Shown here: piece by piece, positions 21,190-31,969 of the stretch | Layout: the number at the start of each line of letters is the position of its first letter | Numbering within the stretch: the stretch's first letter is position 1 | From: Methanosarcinales archaeon | GTDB taxonomy: Archaea; Halobacteriota; UBA148; JAUWXC01 | Direction of reading: 5' to 3' | Assembly (NCBI GenBank): GCA_026016205.1 | Contig: CP061209.1 | Coordinates: 823,286-887,285 of the forward strand | Length of the DNA stretch: 64,000 bases | Made by a program: the position numbers and the translations under genes | Notes under the pieces: model-generated | Told to the model about the DNA's origin: nothing | Databases searched by the model: none | Seen by the model: the letters and a program-made list of their open reading frames with translations, nothing else

Positions 21190-21921
21190 GTGAGGGCGAA
21201 TTTTGGCGGCATTGTTCACATATCAACCGTAGACTGGTACGGCAAGGTTGCCATGGTTATATTTTTCAGAGGTTGCCCATTTAGATGTCCTTACTGCCAG
21301 AACTACGCTCTCCTGAAGGAGGAGAACTTCGTTGATGTGGAGACGATTGAGGCAGAAATTAAAAAGGCAAAAAAATTCGTAAGTGCTGTCGTCTTCTCCG
21401 GCGGAGAGCCGTTAGCGCAGCCTGAGCAAATAAAGCATCTGGCAAAATTTGCGAAAGACCTGGGACTTCTAGTTGGCGTGGAAACCAACGGATACTATCC
21501 AGAGCAACTCAAGGAATTGATAGACGCAAGACTGATTGACAGGGTCTTCCTAGATGTCAAGGCGCCGCTATCCCCGGAAAAATATGAGAAGGTAGCAGGC
21601 GTCAGCGATGGAAACGTCGTCGCCCTGGTGAAACGCTCTCTCGAAGTCTGCAAGAACTTTGACCTGGAAGTCAGGACGACGATTTTCAAGGGCCTCATCT
21701 TTAATGAAGAAGACATTAAAGCAATCGCAGAAGGGATATCGTCTTATGGGAATATCCCATACGTCCTCCAGCAGGGCAGACCTGAGCAGGCATGGAGCGA
21801 GGAATTGAAGCAGCATAATCCGCCAAGCAGAGAATATCTTCTGGCGTTGGGGAAGATTGCTAAACAATATCTTAAAAAGGTGAAAATCAGGACAAAGGAG
21901 TTTGGTGAGGAATCAGTTTGA
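21190..21921 (+). CDS. nrdG: Class III RNR activating radical SAM protein
   Basis: GCPFRCPYCQN, SGGEP, ETNG. Confidence 0.9.
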   Translation: MRANFGGIVHISTVDWYGKVAMVIFFRGCPFRCPYCQNYALLKEENFVDVETIEAEIKKAKKFVSAVVFSGGEPLAQPEQIKHLAKFAKDLGLLVGVETNGYYPEQLKELIDARLIDRVFLDVKAPLSPEKYEKVAGVSDGNVVALVKRSLEVCKNFDLEVRTTIFKGLIFNEEDIKAIAEGISSYGNIPYVLQQGRPEQAWSEELKQHNPPSREYLLALGKIAKQYLKKVKIRTKEFGEESV

Positions 21922-22463
21922 AGGTTATTGGATTTGTGGGCCTGCCAGCGTCGGGAAAGACAGAGGCAGCCAAAGTGGCGCAGGAACTTGGTATCCCAAT
22001 CATTAGGATGGGAGATGTCGTGCGCGAAGAGGTAAAAAGAAGAGGGCTGGATATCACCGAGGAGAACGTTGGAAAGGTGGCGAATGATATTAGGGCCAAA
22101 GAAGGCATGGGCGCGGTAGCCGAGCGCTGTGTTCCACTTATCAAGACAATGGATGAGGATATAGTCGTAGTCGATGGTCTGCGCGGAGGCGCAGAAGCAG
22201 AGGCATACAAGAAGGCATTTGACGCCCAATTTACGTTGATTGCGATACTTGCTTCCCAGAAAAACAGATTCGCGCGCGCACTTGCACGAAAAAGGAGCGA
22301 TGATGTAGTTGACTGGGAAGGATTCAAACAGAAAGATGATAGGGAGTTGCGCTGGGGGCTGAAAGAAGCCATAAGGATGGCAAATGTGTTGATAGACAAC
22401 AACGGCACCCTGGAGGAGTTTAGAGAGAATGTCAGAGCAGCCCTGGAAGGGGTCAAGAGCTAA
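21918..22463 (+). CDS. UPF0200 P-loop nucleotide kinase-like protein
   Basis: GLPASGKT, MGDVVREE, VDGLR, RELRWG. Confidence 0.8.
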   Translation: MKVIGFVGLPASGKTEAAKVAQELGIPIIRMGDVVREEVKRRGLDITEENVGKVANDIRAKEGMGAVAERCVPLIKTMDEDIVVVDGLRGGAEAEAYKKAFDAQFTLIAILASQKNRFARALARKRSDDVVDWEGFKQKDDRELRWGLKEAIRMANVLIDNNGTLEEFRENVRAALEGVKS

Positions 22464-22824
22464 GGTCTGGGCACCCATATATGCGACGGAGAGCGTGGAG
22501 AGTGTGCAAAAGGCGATCACAAATATTTTCCCGGATGCCCGGCTCAACTTTGAGGAGAGTAAACTGATTGGAGATGCTTCCCTGGATAAATTACAGGAGT
22601 TGTTCAGGAAACAGAAGATACGTGACTCTGCCAGGACAGTGCTTCTCAACAGCAAAAGAGGGAATAAAATTGAGTTCGACCTCAACAAGCAGGTTGCGTT
22701 TGTGGGCAAAGTGAATCTTGAAAAGGGTCCGCTGGGAAGCATTCATGTGAGCGTCGAAACTGATGACCCGGAGGAATTGATAGGGTGGCTTGTATCTTCA
22801 AGTGAGGTGAAACATGAGGATTAG
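22429..22824 (+). CDS. DUF54 / UPF0201 putative RNA-binding protein
   Basis: TE...V.KAI.NIFP, IRDSAR, LNKQVAFVG, GPLG.I. Confidence 0.85.
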   Translation: MSEQPWKGSRAKVWAPIYATESVESVQKAITNIFPDARLNFEESKLIGDASLDKLQELFRKQKIRDSARTVLLNSKRGNKIEFDLNKQVAFVGKVNLEKGPLGSIHVSVETDDPEELIGWLVSSSEVKHED

Positions 22825-23569
22825 TTTTTCATCCCTGGCTACGACCAATAACCCGTTTGAGTGGGTGTATAAGTTAGAGGAGATGGGGTTTAGCGGCTGG
22901 GAAATTGTTGGTGAGGGCAGGCAGAAGCTCACAGAGGATGTGGGCAAAAAAATCAAGGAAGTGCAGGAGGCTACAAATCTAGAATTCACGGTACACCTGC
23001 CTTTCTCTGACCTGAATCTCGCTAGTCTGAATCAAGGGATATGGGATGAGACTATGAGGCAAATGAACGGCGCCATACGCTCGGTAGGAGATTTCACGGA
23101 CCTGATGGTCGTGCATCCCGGGCACCTTTCGCCCTTGGGAGCGGAATTGCCTGACAAGGCGTGGAAGCAGAACATTGTCGGTATACAAAAACTATGCGAC
23201 GTTGCAAAGGATTATAACGTCACAATATGCGTGGAGAACATGCCAGACATTGGATTTCTGTTCGGCAAGTTCCCGGAAGAGTTAGTAGGCATGGTAGAAA
23301 ATGTGGACAGGGAGAATGTTGGCATCGCCCTTGACATAGGGCATGCCAATCTTGTGGGCAAATTGGATGAGTTTTTAAATTTGGAGGCAAAACATGTCCA
23401 CATACATGACAATCTTGGCAAGAGAGATGACCATCTTCCGCTTGGGCGCGGCATGATAGATTGGAAGATGGTGATGAAAAAATTAAAAGACCACAAGGGC
23501 AGGTTTGTCATCGAGGCTAGAACCTTGGAAGAAGGAGAAGAAAGCCTGAAATACCTAAGACGGCTTTGA
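22814..23569 (+). CDS. Sugar phosphate isomerase/AP endonuclease-2 TIM barrel protein
   Basis: HLPFSDLN, VHPG, VENMP, DIGHA, HIHDN.G..D.HLP. Confidence 0.85.
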   Translation: MRISFSSLATTNNPFEWVYKLEEMGFSGWEIVGEGRQKLTEDVGKKIKEVQEATNLEFTVHLPFSDLNLASLNQGIWDETMRQMNGAIRSVGDFTDLMVVHPGHLSPLGAELPDKAWKQNIVGIQKLCDVAKDYNVTICVENMPDIGFLFGKFPEELVGMVENVDRENVGIALDIGHANLVGKLDEFLNLEAKHVHIHDNLGKRDDHLPLGRGMIDWKMVMKKLKDHKGRFVIEARTLEEGEESLKYLRRL

Positions 23570-24763
23570 TGTGCATAGCTCAATCAATCGCTTCTCGCCG
23601 CTGCGCGGCCCTCTGGCAATGATCAAATCTCCCGCCTTAGTGATGGTTTTTCCACCTGGGCGATATACCCACGTATCTGCTCTTCTAATAGCCAGAACGA
23701 ACATGCCGGTTTCTGTTTCCAGCCTCAACGCCTTCAATGTATTTCCATCAACTTTAGAGGCGTCTTTTACCTCTATTTTGGCGATAATTTCACCTGACTC
23801 CTTGATTGCGAGCATGAATACAGGATGGAGTTTGATGTCCCTCAAAACAACATCCGCGATTTCGTCAGCTGCATCTGAGATGACCTCTGAGGATGTTGCA
23901 AGATGCAACAATCCTCTCAGGCTATTTACATCATCGACATGCTTTGACGCTGCCAATACCCAGTGCTCTAACTCATATTTCATTTCGTCTATCTGGGCTT
24001 CTAATATCTCCACCTCGTGCGCGATCTCCTCGTTGTAAAAAAGTAGGGCGGAATAAGCAAGCCCGACCGCCAGTTCTGATAGATTTTTCATCTCGATGAT
24101 GGCATCTACGGCTTTAGTAAGATCATTCAACAATCTCCTCTTCTTGGGGGGCTTGAACTCACATTTATCCCCTGTGGCCAATTTACATAACATCGCCACC
24201 CCTTCATCCGGTCCCTTGGCGAATAAAACGTCGCCCGCCTCCATGGCCGTCTTTTTATTGGGGTCATATACCCACTCCGCGTTACGTCTGAGCGCTATGA
24301 CCACCATGCCAGTCTTCGTTTCTAGTTTGAACTCACCCAGAGTTTTTCCAGTGAGGGAGGATTTTTCGCTAATCCTGACGCGTGTGACGGTTTCTTCTGC
24401 ACTTGGAATTGCAATTTTCAACTCAGGAGGGAGACCCAATTCCCTGAGTACGATGTTGGCAATATCTCCCGCTGCGTTGGATATTTTTCCAGCAGCAGAG
24501 GCTATCTGTAGCACGCCAGAAAGCTCCTCTGCCTCCTCTATGCGCCTGGCACCCAGCATCGCTGTTATGCGTGCATGATAGCTCATAACGTCCATCTCCT
24601 CCTCAAGCCGAAGCACTTCTTCGGCGATGTCCTTGCTGTCATACAGAACAGCGGAATACGCCAGGTCCACCATCAATTCGGAGATGTCCTTCATGTGTTT
24701 CAGAAGGTTTTTCATGCCCTGTGGTTCATATTCGATTTCTTCAGTCATACCAATCCCAATCAT
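23555..24763 (-). CDS. Tandem PhoU + TrkA-C (RCK-C) domain protein
   Basis: Two repeats of MK..SEL.V.LAYSA followed by L.LET.TGM.V.A.RR. Confidence 0.85.
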   Translation of the reverse strand: MIGIGMTEEIEYEPQGMKNLLKHMKDISELMVDLAYSAVLYDSKDIAEEVLRLEEEMDVMSYHARITAMLGARRIEEAEELSGVLQIASAAGKISNAAGDIANIVLRELGLPPELKIAIPSAEETVTRVRISEKSSLTGKTLGEFKLETKTGMVVIALRRNAEWVYDPNKKTAMEAGDVLFAKGPDEGVAMLCKLATGDKCEFKPPKKRRLLNDLTKAVDAIIEMKNLSELAVGLAYSALLFYNEEIAHEVEILEAQIDEMKYELEHWVLAASKHVDDVNSLRGLLHLATSSEVISDAADEIADVVLRDIKLHPVFMLAIKESGEIIAKIEVKDASKVDGNTLKALRLETETGMFVLAIRRADTWVYRPGGKTITKAGDLIIARGPRSGEKRLIELCTSKPS

Positions 24764-24794
24764 TCACTGTGGTTAATAAATGCTTTTCTCCAAT

Positions 24795-25361
24795 TCATAA
24801 CACCGCCATGATGACGACAAACAGTATCAGGATGCCAAACACATCACAAACACTGGTAACTATGGGGATCGTCGTATCATCGGGGTCTATGCCTTTTTTG
24901 TACGAAAGAAATGCAGCCAAGACTGTTGTGATGATGACAATTAAGATGAGTAAAACGCCTGATATGGAAGATATCAGGACCATTTTAATCAAACCAACGC
25001 TCTCAAAGCCCATTAAAACGCAGAATAGGTGCCCTAAAATCCCGATTGCAAAGAATGAAAGTACACCAACAATGGAAACGCCAAGCACGTCGCTTCTCAA
25101 CACAGGGTCGGTTGGCGTGAGGCTGATAACACCAAGGTGGAGCGCAGACGTAATCCGAGAGCTGAGTATGGCGCCTAGATTTCCGCCCATGCCAATCGTG
25201 ACCGGGATTAACACGAACAATCCAGGGAACGTGAACAGGATACTCTTAAAGGTGTCGAGAGCCAGCCCAGATAAAATTCCAAGGACGGCACAAAATGTGA
25301 GCAGGGGGAGCGCGGTTTTCATGATTCTTATGGCATTGTACCTTTTCACCAAGAGCGTCAA
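24795..25361 (-). CDS. MgtE-like magnesium transporter membrane subunit
   Basis: GNLGAILSSR, GIDPDD..IP.VTS..D. Confidence 0.85.
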   Translation of the reverse strand: MTLLVKRYNAIRIMKTALPLLTFCAVLGILSGLALDTFKSILFTFPGLFVLIPVTIGMGGNLGAILSSRITSALHLGVISLTPTDPVLRSDVLGVSIVGVLSFFAIGILGHLFCVLMGFESVGLIKMVLISSISGVLLILIVIITTVLAAFLSYKKGIDPDDTTIPIVTSVCDVFGILILFVVIMAVL

Positions 25362-25362
25362 C

Positions 25363-25962
25363 TTACACCACTCCCATGATAATTCTCACTGCTATGAAGA
25401 ACGCGAGCACCGTAAGCACGTCTCCGGCAGAGGTCACCATTGGCCCCATGACATTATCGGGATCAATTCCATGTTTGAATATCGTGAATGCAAATATCAT
25501 AACCAAACCGATTAGTATGAATGCTGATAGCGCCCAAACCGTCAGAGATATTGCTGCCAGAGAAACTATGCCAATGCACTCTCTACCAAGCGCCAGCGTC
25601 ATGGCATAAGCGAGAAACGCGATTACAACTGCCATTGTCGCCCCTTCTCCCAGCGACGCTATAACGCTGTGTACAAGGTTCTCATCGCCCCTCAAGTCCG
25701 GCTTGATGATGCCTTGGTGTAAAGCAGACCCAAGCCTGGAGCCGAATGCACCGGCTATGCTGCCCCGCATTCCCAACAACGGTGGGATTAACACGAGCAG
25801 ACCTGGAAGAGCGCTCAGCGCATCCTCCATGCTTGCGAGAACGACACCAGCGAATAGACCAGATATGATGCATACCAGGAGTGGCAGAGAGGACTGTTTA
25901 ATAATAAAACGCACGCTAACGTACTCTTCTAGATATTTCGCCCCTTGCTCTTTATCCACCAT
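25363..25962 (-). CDS. MgtE-like magnesium transporter membrane subunit
   Basis: G.RG.I.GA.GSRL, GIDPDNVMGP.VTS.GD. Confidence 0.85.
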   Translation of the reverse strand: MVDKEQGAKYLEEYVSVRFIIKQSSLPLLVCIISGLFAGVVLASMEDALSALPGLLVLIPPLLGMRGSIAGAFGSRLGSALHQGIIKPDLRGDENLVHSVIASLGEGATMAVVIAFLAYAMTLALGRECIGIVSLAAISLTVWALSAFILIGLVMIFAFTIFKHGIDPDNVMGPMVTSAGDVLTVLAFFIAVRIIMGVV

Positions 25963-26031
25963 CTATGGTTTGTATCGCCCATTTCTTATTTAAGTGATTT
26001 GAAAAAGAGGTGAGCAGATTCAAAAGCGAGG

Positions 26032-26214
26032 TCATTCTTTCTCTATGAATATGAGATAGTAAGAGAATAAGGCGACAAATGATAGACATATCAAGGATGC
26101 TGTAAACGATCCGAGCCAGCCCCAGACTGTGAACATAGTTCCTACAATAAAAAGAATAGATGCAAAAAGAAAGGCCGTGTGTGAATAGTGTATAAGTTTT
26201 AGGATATTGCCCAT
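26032..26214 (-). CDS. Small 2-TM hypothetical protein
   Basis: GGTGATGTT-ATG start context, two hydrophobic helices. Confidence 0.5.
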   Translation of the reverse strand: MGNILKLIHYSHTAFLFASILFIVGTMFTVWGWLGSFTASLICLSFVALFSYYLIFIEKE

Positions 26215-26340
26215 AACATCACCCGACCGCCATTCTGCATTCTTACAATACATTCTTTAATATATCTATCATTATATAAATACCATCGTGTATATAAATA
26301 TTTCCTTGTTTGCCTCTGGTCGCTCAATAAAACCCAGATA

Positions 26341-26454
26341 TTATCCTGGTTTTTCTTCTTTCCCTTCTTCGCCTTTTTCCTTCTTTTTGACCATCTTGGG
26401 CTTCTTCCAGGATTCCAGCATCTCTTTTAACTCTTTGATGGGTCCAAGTCTCAT
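26341..26454 (-). CDS. 37-aa Lys/Glu-rich small ORF (below ORF-track cutoff)
   Basis: MRLGPIKELKEMLESWKKPKMVKKKEKGEEGKEEKPG; AGGT upstream; purine-rich coding bias. Confidence 0.45.
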   Translation of the reverse strand: MRLGPIKELKEMLESWKKPKMVKKKEKGEEGKEEKPG

Positions 26455-26483
26455 GGATACCTAAAAAGTCTTTTTCAAATAAA

Positions 26484-26693
26484 TCAGTTGGGTCGCTTCA
26501 GCGAGCGAAATATGGCACCACTTGTATGGAAAATGTGCTCAATTGTTTTTACGTATCCCTTATACATACTCTCATTCATTTTTAGGATAGGGCCCTGAAT
26601 GAACCAGAGAAATGCCGCTGCTACCCTCTCATATGCGCTACTTACGGCCCTGTCGAGTTTCACTGCGAACCGCAGTATGGATGAAATTTTCAT
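26484..26693 (-). CDS. 69-aa hypothetical protein
   Basis: Strong SD AGGAGG before ATG, TTTATAA box upstream. Confidence 0.5.
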   Translation of the reverse strand: MKISSILRFAVKLDRAVSSAYERVAAAFLWFIQGPILKMNESMYKGYVKTIEHIFHTSGAIFRSLKRPN

Positions 26694-26766
26694 CTTCCCC
26701 CTCCTACTTCTTTATAAATTGATAAAAATTGTGCTGTTGAAGAATATAAGGATTTTGCACAACATC

Positions 26767-27399
26767 CTACACATATTTTAAGATGCCCCTGAGGTCATGC
26801 ACCACTACAGATGCGTGTTTAAGCAGTTCTGAATCAGGATTGAAGGCGATGCCCAATCCGGCACATCTTAGGAATGTGATGTCATACCTGCTATCACCCA
26901 CAGCAACGCATTTTGCAGTTGGTATATGCAATTTCTGCGTTAGGTTGCAAAGGGCTTCATCCTTCTTGACAACGTCCACATTGAGTATTTCTTCGCCGGT
27001 CAGGCAGCCTTCTGCATCGCAGACTAAATCGTTCGCCACTACATGCTCAATTCCCAATCTACCTGCAACACTTCGTGCCATGGCATTAAGTCCACCGGTG
27101 ATAATGGCAGTTTTCACGCCCCTGCTCTTGAGATCTTTTACGACTTGCGCCGCATAGGGCATTAACTCGTAGTTGGACAGTACGTCTGTGATTTGCTGCA
27201 TCGTGGGCCTAAAAGGGTGCCAAAGGGCAGCGTCCCTCCGCATAAACTCGGCATAATCTATCCTCCCCTTGACATACTCTTTCAGGTTTCCCATTGCCAG
27301 CTCTATGGTGCCAAAATGCCTGTGCAACGTTCCCCATGAATTTCTTTCCTTGACAAGAGTTCCGTCCATATCAAATGCAATAAGTTCGTATCGCGGCAT
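26767..27399 (-). CDS. HAD-IB hydrolase, phosphoserine phosphatase-like
   Basis: FDMDGTL, ITGG, K, VGDSRYD. Confidence 0.85.
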   Translation of the reverse strand: MPRYELIAFDMDGTLVKERNSWGTLHRHFGTIELAMGNLKEYVKGRIDYAEFMRRDAALWHPFRPTMQQITDVLSNYELMPYAAQVVKDLKSRGVKTAIITGGLNAMARSVAGRLGIEHVVANDLVCDAEGCLTGEEILNVDVVKKDEALCNLTQKLHIPTAKCVAVGDSRYDITFLRCAGLGIAFNPDSELLKHASVVVHDLRGILKYV

Positions 27400-27405
27400 G
27401 ATAAA

Positions 27406-27774
27406 CTACGCCTTTACACGAAGTGCTTCATTCTCTTTCTTTGGCGCATTCTTGACGAACCTGTTCTCTAATTTAAAAGCATAAAAAAAGACGGGTGCCC
27501 CTTCTGGAACGTTTCGCCACAGAGACGTATCAATGCATTCCGCCCCTAATTCATCAACAAGACCTTGATATGTAGCCGCTTCTATCCTGTAGATGCGTAT
27601 TGCAAAATTTTCAAGCGCCCCGCTCTGCTTGTTTCTCACCCTGTAGATGCCTTTGTTGTAAAATTTGTCTGAGATGAATGTGCAGCTCCCGCTTTGGAGC
27701 GTTTCCTGGATTCGCAACGAGTCGAGAGGGATTAGATGTCCAACCCGGCTGAGTTCTACCTGAAATTCATCCAT
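27406..27774 (-). CDS. Hypothetical protein
   Basis: 122-aa ORF filling the gap, TATA-like box about 25 nt upstream. Confidence 0.6.
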   Translation of the reverse strand: MDEFQVELSRVGHLIPLDSLRIQETLQSGSCTFISDKFYNKGIYRVRNKQSGALENFAIRIYRIEAATYQGLVDELGAECIDTSLWRNVPEGAPVFFYAFKLENRFVKNAPKKENEALRVKA

Positions 27775-27824
27775 GCAAAAATAAATTAGGATTGTGCATA
27801 TTTATAGATTCCGAGTTTGGTCCT

Positions 27825-28739
27825 CTATTTCGGATACGGAATTACAATTTCTATGAATTCCTTCGCAATGGATGTGTTCTTGAAGACTGTCTTTGCTTCC
27901 TTCAATAATGGGGTTGCGTCTTCAGAATAGCGTGAGCTGATGTGGACCAACACAAGCTCTTTTACACCCGCTTTGGATGCAACCGTTGCAGCTTCTTTTG
28001 CCGTAGAATGCCCGGATTCAATTGCCCAGTCTTGTAGATCGTCGCTTAAAGTGCCGTCATGTATGAGCAAGTTTGCATCCTTCGCTGCTTCTATCACGGC
28101 GCTACAGGGCCTTGTGTCGCCGGTGTAAACGATTTTTCTCCCAAGTCTCGAAGGACCTACAACCTGCTCTGGCTTGATTTCCTTGCCAGCAACGAACACG
28201 GATTTGCCTGAATGTAATTTCGAGAACAATGGGCCTGGTGGAACGCCCAATTCGATGGCTTTTTCCCTATCAAATCTACCCAGCAATGGCTTTTCGTCTA
28301 ACACATATCCGATACTTGGAACGCCGTGGTCGGTTTTTATCGCCCTAACCGTATATTCAGGGTGTTCAACGACGTCACCTGGTTTGAGCTCGTGGTCTTC
28401 AATCTTGAAACTCAGTTTGTAGTAGCCTAATCCGATAAGTACCTTAACAAGTTCGCGAATCCATTTGGGTCCGTAGATGTGCAGTGGTTCGGTTCTCCCC
28501 TGGAAGCTCATGGTTTGTATCAGCCCAGGGACGCCAAGAAAGTGGTCCCCATGATAATGCGTGATAAAGATAGATGTGAGATTCATCATTCCTGTTTTTG
28601 CCCTCATCATCTGCTGCTGTGTCCCCTCGCCACAGTCGAACAAAAGGAGTTCTCCCTTTCGATTGACCATGACGGCGGAGGGATTTCTATTAGGTGTTGG
28701 GAGGGAGCCCCCTGTGCCAAGGAATATCACTTTGAGCGT
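27825..28739 (-). CDS. rnz: Ribonuclease Z; expected start position is ACG
   Basis: FLGTGG..P...R, DCGEG, THYHGDH, GVPPGP exosite, YTGDT, HISSRY; SD GAGGTG at 28745-28750. Confidence 0.95.
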   Translation of the reverse strand, partial: TLKVIFLGTGGSLPTPNRNPSAVMVNRKGELLLFDCGEGTQQQMMRAKTGMMNLTSIFITHYHGDHFLGVPGLIQTMSFQGRTEPLHIYGPKWIRELVKVLIGLGYYKLSFKIEDHELKPGDVVEHPEYTVRAIKTDHGVPSIGYVLDEKPLLGRFDREKAIELGVPPGPLFSKLHSGKSVFVAGKEIKPEQVVGPSRLGRKIVYTGDTRPCSAVIEAAKDANLLIHDGTLSDDLQDWAIESGHSTAKEAATVASKAGVKELVLVHISSRYSEDATPLLKEAKTVFKNTSIAKEFIEIVIPYPK

Positions 28740-28743
28740 AACA

Positions 28744-29754
28744 TCACCTCATTTTCTCAAGACGAATTATCCGGCGGGTCAAACTTTTATGAACCCGCTG
28801 CCGATGGTGCCCGATGGTTGTGAAACCTGCATCCTCTGCAATTTTTTCTATGGGAATTTGTGACACCACTACGGCTTTGTTACCCGGCCGGAGGATACGA
28901 TGTATTTCCTTTAATGAGCAATCATATAAATCTTCCAGTGATCTGGCCCTAAACAAGGCTGACCTGCCATACGGCGGATCCGTCACAACCGCATCCACTG
29001 AGTTGTCAGCCAATCCTAGATTGCGGGCATCGCCGATCATCAACTCACCACCTATGCCATAGTGCCGTAGATTTGTGTTGGCGCCAAGTACCATCTTGCG
29101 CTGTACATCTGCGCCGATGCACCTGGCGCCGGTCAGCCCTGCCTCGATTAGTATACCTCCAGTCCCGCAGAAGGGATCCAGTAATGTTCCTCCTTCGCAG
29201 ATAGAAGAAATATTCACCAGGGCCCTTGCTACCCGCGGCAATAATGCTCCTGGGTGGAAAAATAGTCTGCGATGGGGGCGCCTGGATTCGTACTGGGTCC
29301 TGTCCACAGAATACATCAATTTGCCGAATGCACATTTGCCTTGAGTGAGAACGAGGCGGAACACCACGTCAGGATTTTTGAGATCAACCCTATAGCCTCG
29401 CTTGTAAATAATGGCACCTGCCTGCTTCTCCAGGTCCGAGATATTAAGCACGTGTTCCTTGACCTGCCGGGCCCTAACGCAAAAGGTTTCGTCCTTTTTG
29501 AGGTTTAAATCCACAGTGCCAACTAAATCGGCGATTGAATCAGTGTCGGCAGGACAAAACCCGAGCACCTCTAAGATATTGTGAGTCATGGCAAGGCGTG
29601 ATGCAATGGACGGCATCTCCTCGATTTCGATGATGAAGAGCATATCCAAATCAGCAACTTCTTTAAAGCACGTGTCAAATGCCTCTAAGCAGCCTAAAAC
29701 CTCTGCCTTGGGCAGCGTTTCATGCTCACCTGACAGCTCAAATGCGACCTTCAT
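28744..29754 (-). CDS. trm11: tRNA m2G10 methyltransferase (THUMP + MTase)
   Basis: FELSGEH..LP.AE, LDPFCGTGG, TDPPYG, VHKSLTR. Confidence 0.9.
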   Translation of the reverse strand: MKVAFELSGEHETLPKAEVLGCLEAFDTCFKEVADLDMLFIIEIEEMPSIASRLAMTHNILEVLGFCPADTDSIADLVGTVDLNLKKDETFCVRARQVKEHVLNISDLEKQAGAIIYKRGYRVDLKNPDVVFRLVLTQGKCAFGKLMYSVDRTQYESRRPHRRLFFHPGALLPRVARALVNISSICEGGTLLDPFCGTGGILIEAGLTGARCIGADVQRKMVLGANTNLRHYGIGGELMIGDARNLGLADNSVDAVVTDPPYGRSALFRARSLEDLYDCSLKEIHRILRPGNKAVVVSQIPIEKIAEDAGFTTIGHHRQRVHKSLTRRIIRLEKMR

Positions 29755-29835
29755 GGTGGCAATATATTGCACATAGACCACTTAAGTTTATATAAGGCGG
29801 AAAAAAGTAAAGACCTTGTGTATTAGGTGTTGTAC

Positions 29836-30399
29836 ATGCTCTCCCCCATGCACGTGAAAAAAAGCATTAGAATCGAGAATGTCGTTGCGTCCACGGCAAT
29901 AGGGCAAGAGATAGACCTCAAGTCGATTGCAGGTAGACTTGAAGACGCGGAATATGAGCCAAAACGGTTCCCGGGCCTGGTATATAGAACTAAGAGCCCC
30001 AAAACTGCTGCACTGATATTTAGATCTGGAAAGGTCGTATGCACGGGTGCGAAGAGCGTAGGAGATGTTGCCGGAGGGCTGAAAAAAGTCTTCAAAAAGA
30101 TGAGGGAGATTGGCATCGATGTTAAAGAAAACCCGATAACGATTCAAAACATCGTTGCATCCGCTGACCTTGAGGAGGAGTTAAACCTGAATGCGATAGC
30201 CATCGGCTTGGGCTTGGAGAATGTCGAATACGAGCCTGAGCAGTTTCCAGGGCTGGTATACAGGTTATCAGAGCCAAAGGTAGTGATATTATTATTTGGG
30301 TCCGGCAAGTTGGTAATCACTGGCGGTAAGAGGATAGAGGACGTTGAGGCGGCAGTGGAAAAAATTGCAAAGGATTTGGAAGGATTAAATATCTTGTGA
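29836..30399 (+). CDS. tbp: TATA-binding protein
   Basis: Two repeats: [23 protein letters not shown] and [25 protein letters not shown]. Confidence 0.97.
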   Translation: MLSPMHVKKSIRIENVVASTAIGQEIDLKSIAGRLEDAEYEPKRFPGLVYRTKSPKTAALIFRSGKVVCTGAKSVGDVAGGLKKVFKKMREIGIDVKENPITIQNIVASADLEEELNLNAIAIGLGLENVEYEPEQFPGLVYRLSEPKVVILLFGSGKLVITGGKRIEDVEAAVEKIAKDLEGLNIL

Positions 30400-31061
30400 C
30401 TGGCCATGAGCGAACTATGCGATATATTATGGGAAGCTTATGAGGGTTGCGGCGAACAATACAAGACATATACACAACCCATATCAAAGTATATCAGAGA
30501 ACACCCTAAATCCACTCTAGCTCTGGCATTCTTGGCCGGCATTATATGTGGCGGCATACTACAATCGGATATCGCCAAACTGCTGATAGTTACCTTGGCC
30601 GGTGGAGTCCCTGGCGCAATCTCCCTTGGAACGCTGATGGGGATGCACCCGGTTACCTGTGCATTGATAGCAGTTGCTGCCAATTTCGTCGTTGCCGCAG
30701 CAGCAATAAATTTCCTGTACTTCATAGAAAAAGAGCCAAAGGTTGCGATAATCGTGAACAGGATTAGAGGGCGTTTTTCTGGCTTCTTGGAGCCATTTAT
30801 GAGATTTGCTGGGGAGAAGGGCGTTTTTCTTTCTATAGTGCTGTTCACATTTGGCATAGGCCTGACAACGGTGTTCATAGTTGATTTGATTAAGGCGGAT
30901 ATACAAGATGCAAAGAAGGCGATACTACTTGGACTCGTCCTGGCAGCAGTTTTCTGGATAATAGTGTACCAGGTCTTGGTGACCGTCATACCGCCAACAG
31001 TCGTATCCATGGTAATCGTCGCTACCATACTTCTTATGGTATTCTATTCCAGGATAAGGGA

Positions 31062-31965
<904 letters not shown>

Positions 31966-31969
31966 TTAA

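Noticed and set aside
19580-22742. Long antisense ORFs (317 aa and 332 aa)
   Set aside because: Shadows of nrdD and the nrdG-kinase-DUF54 genes, with no recognisable motifs.
23555-25962. Split MgtE pair plus PhoU/TrkA-C as a new transporter
   Set aside because: This arrangement is common in euryarchaea.
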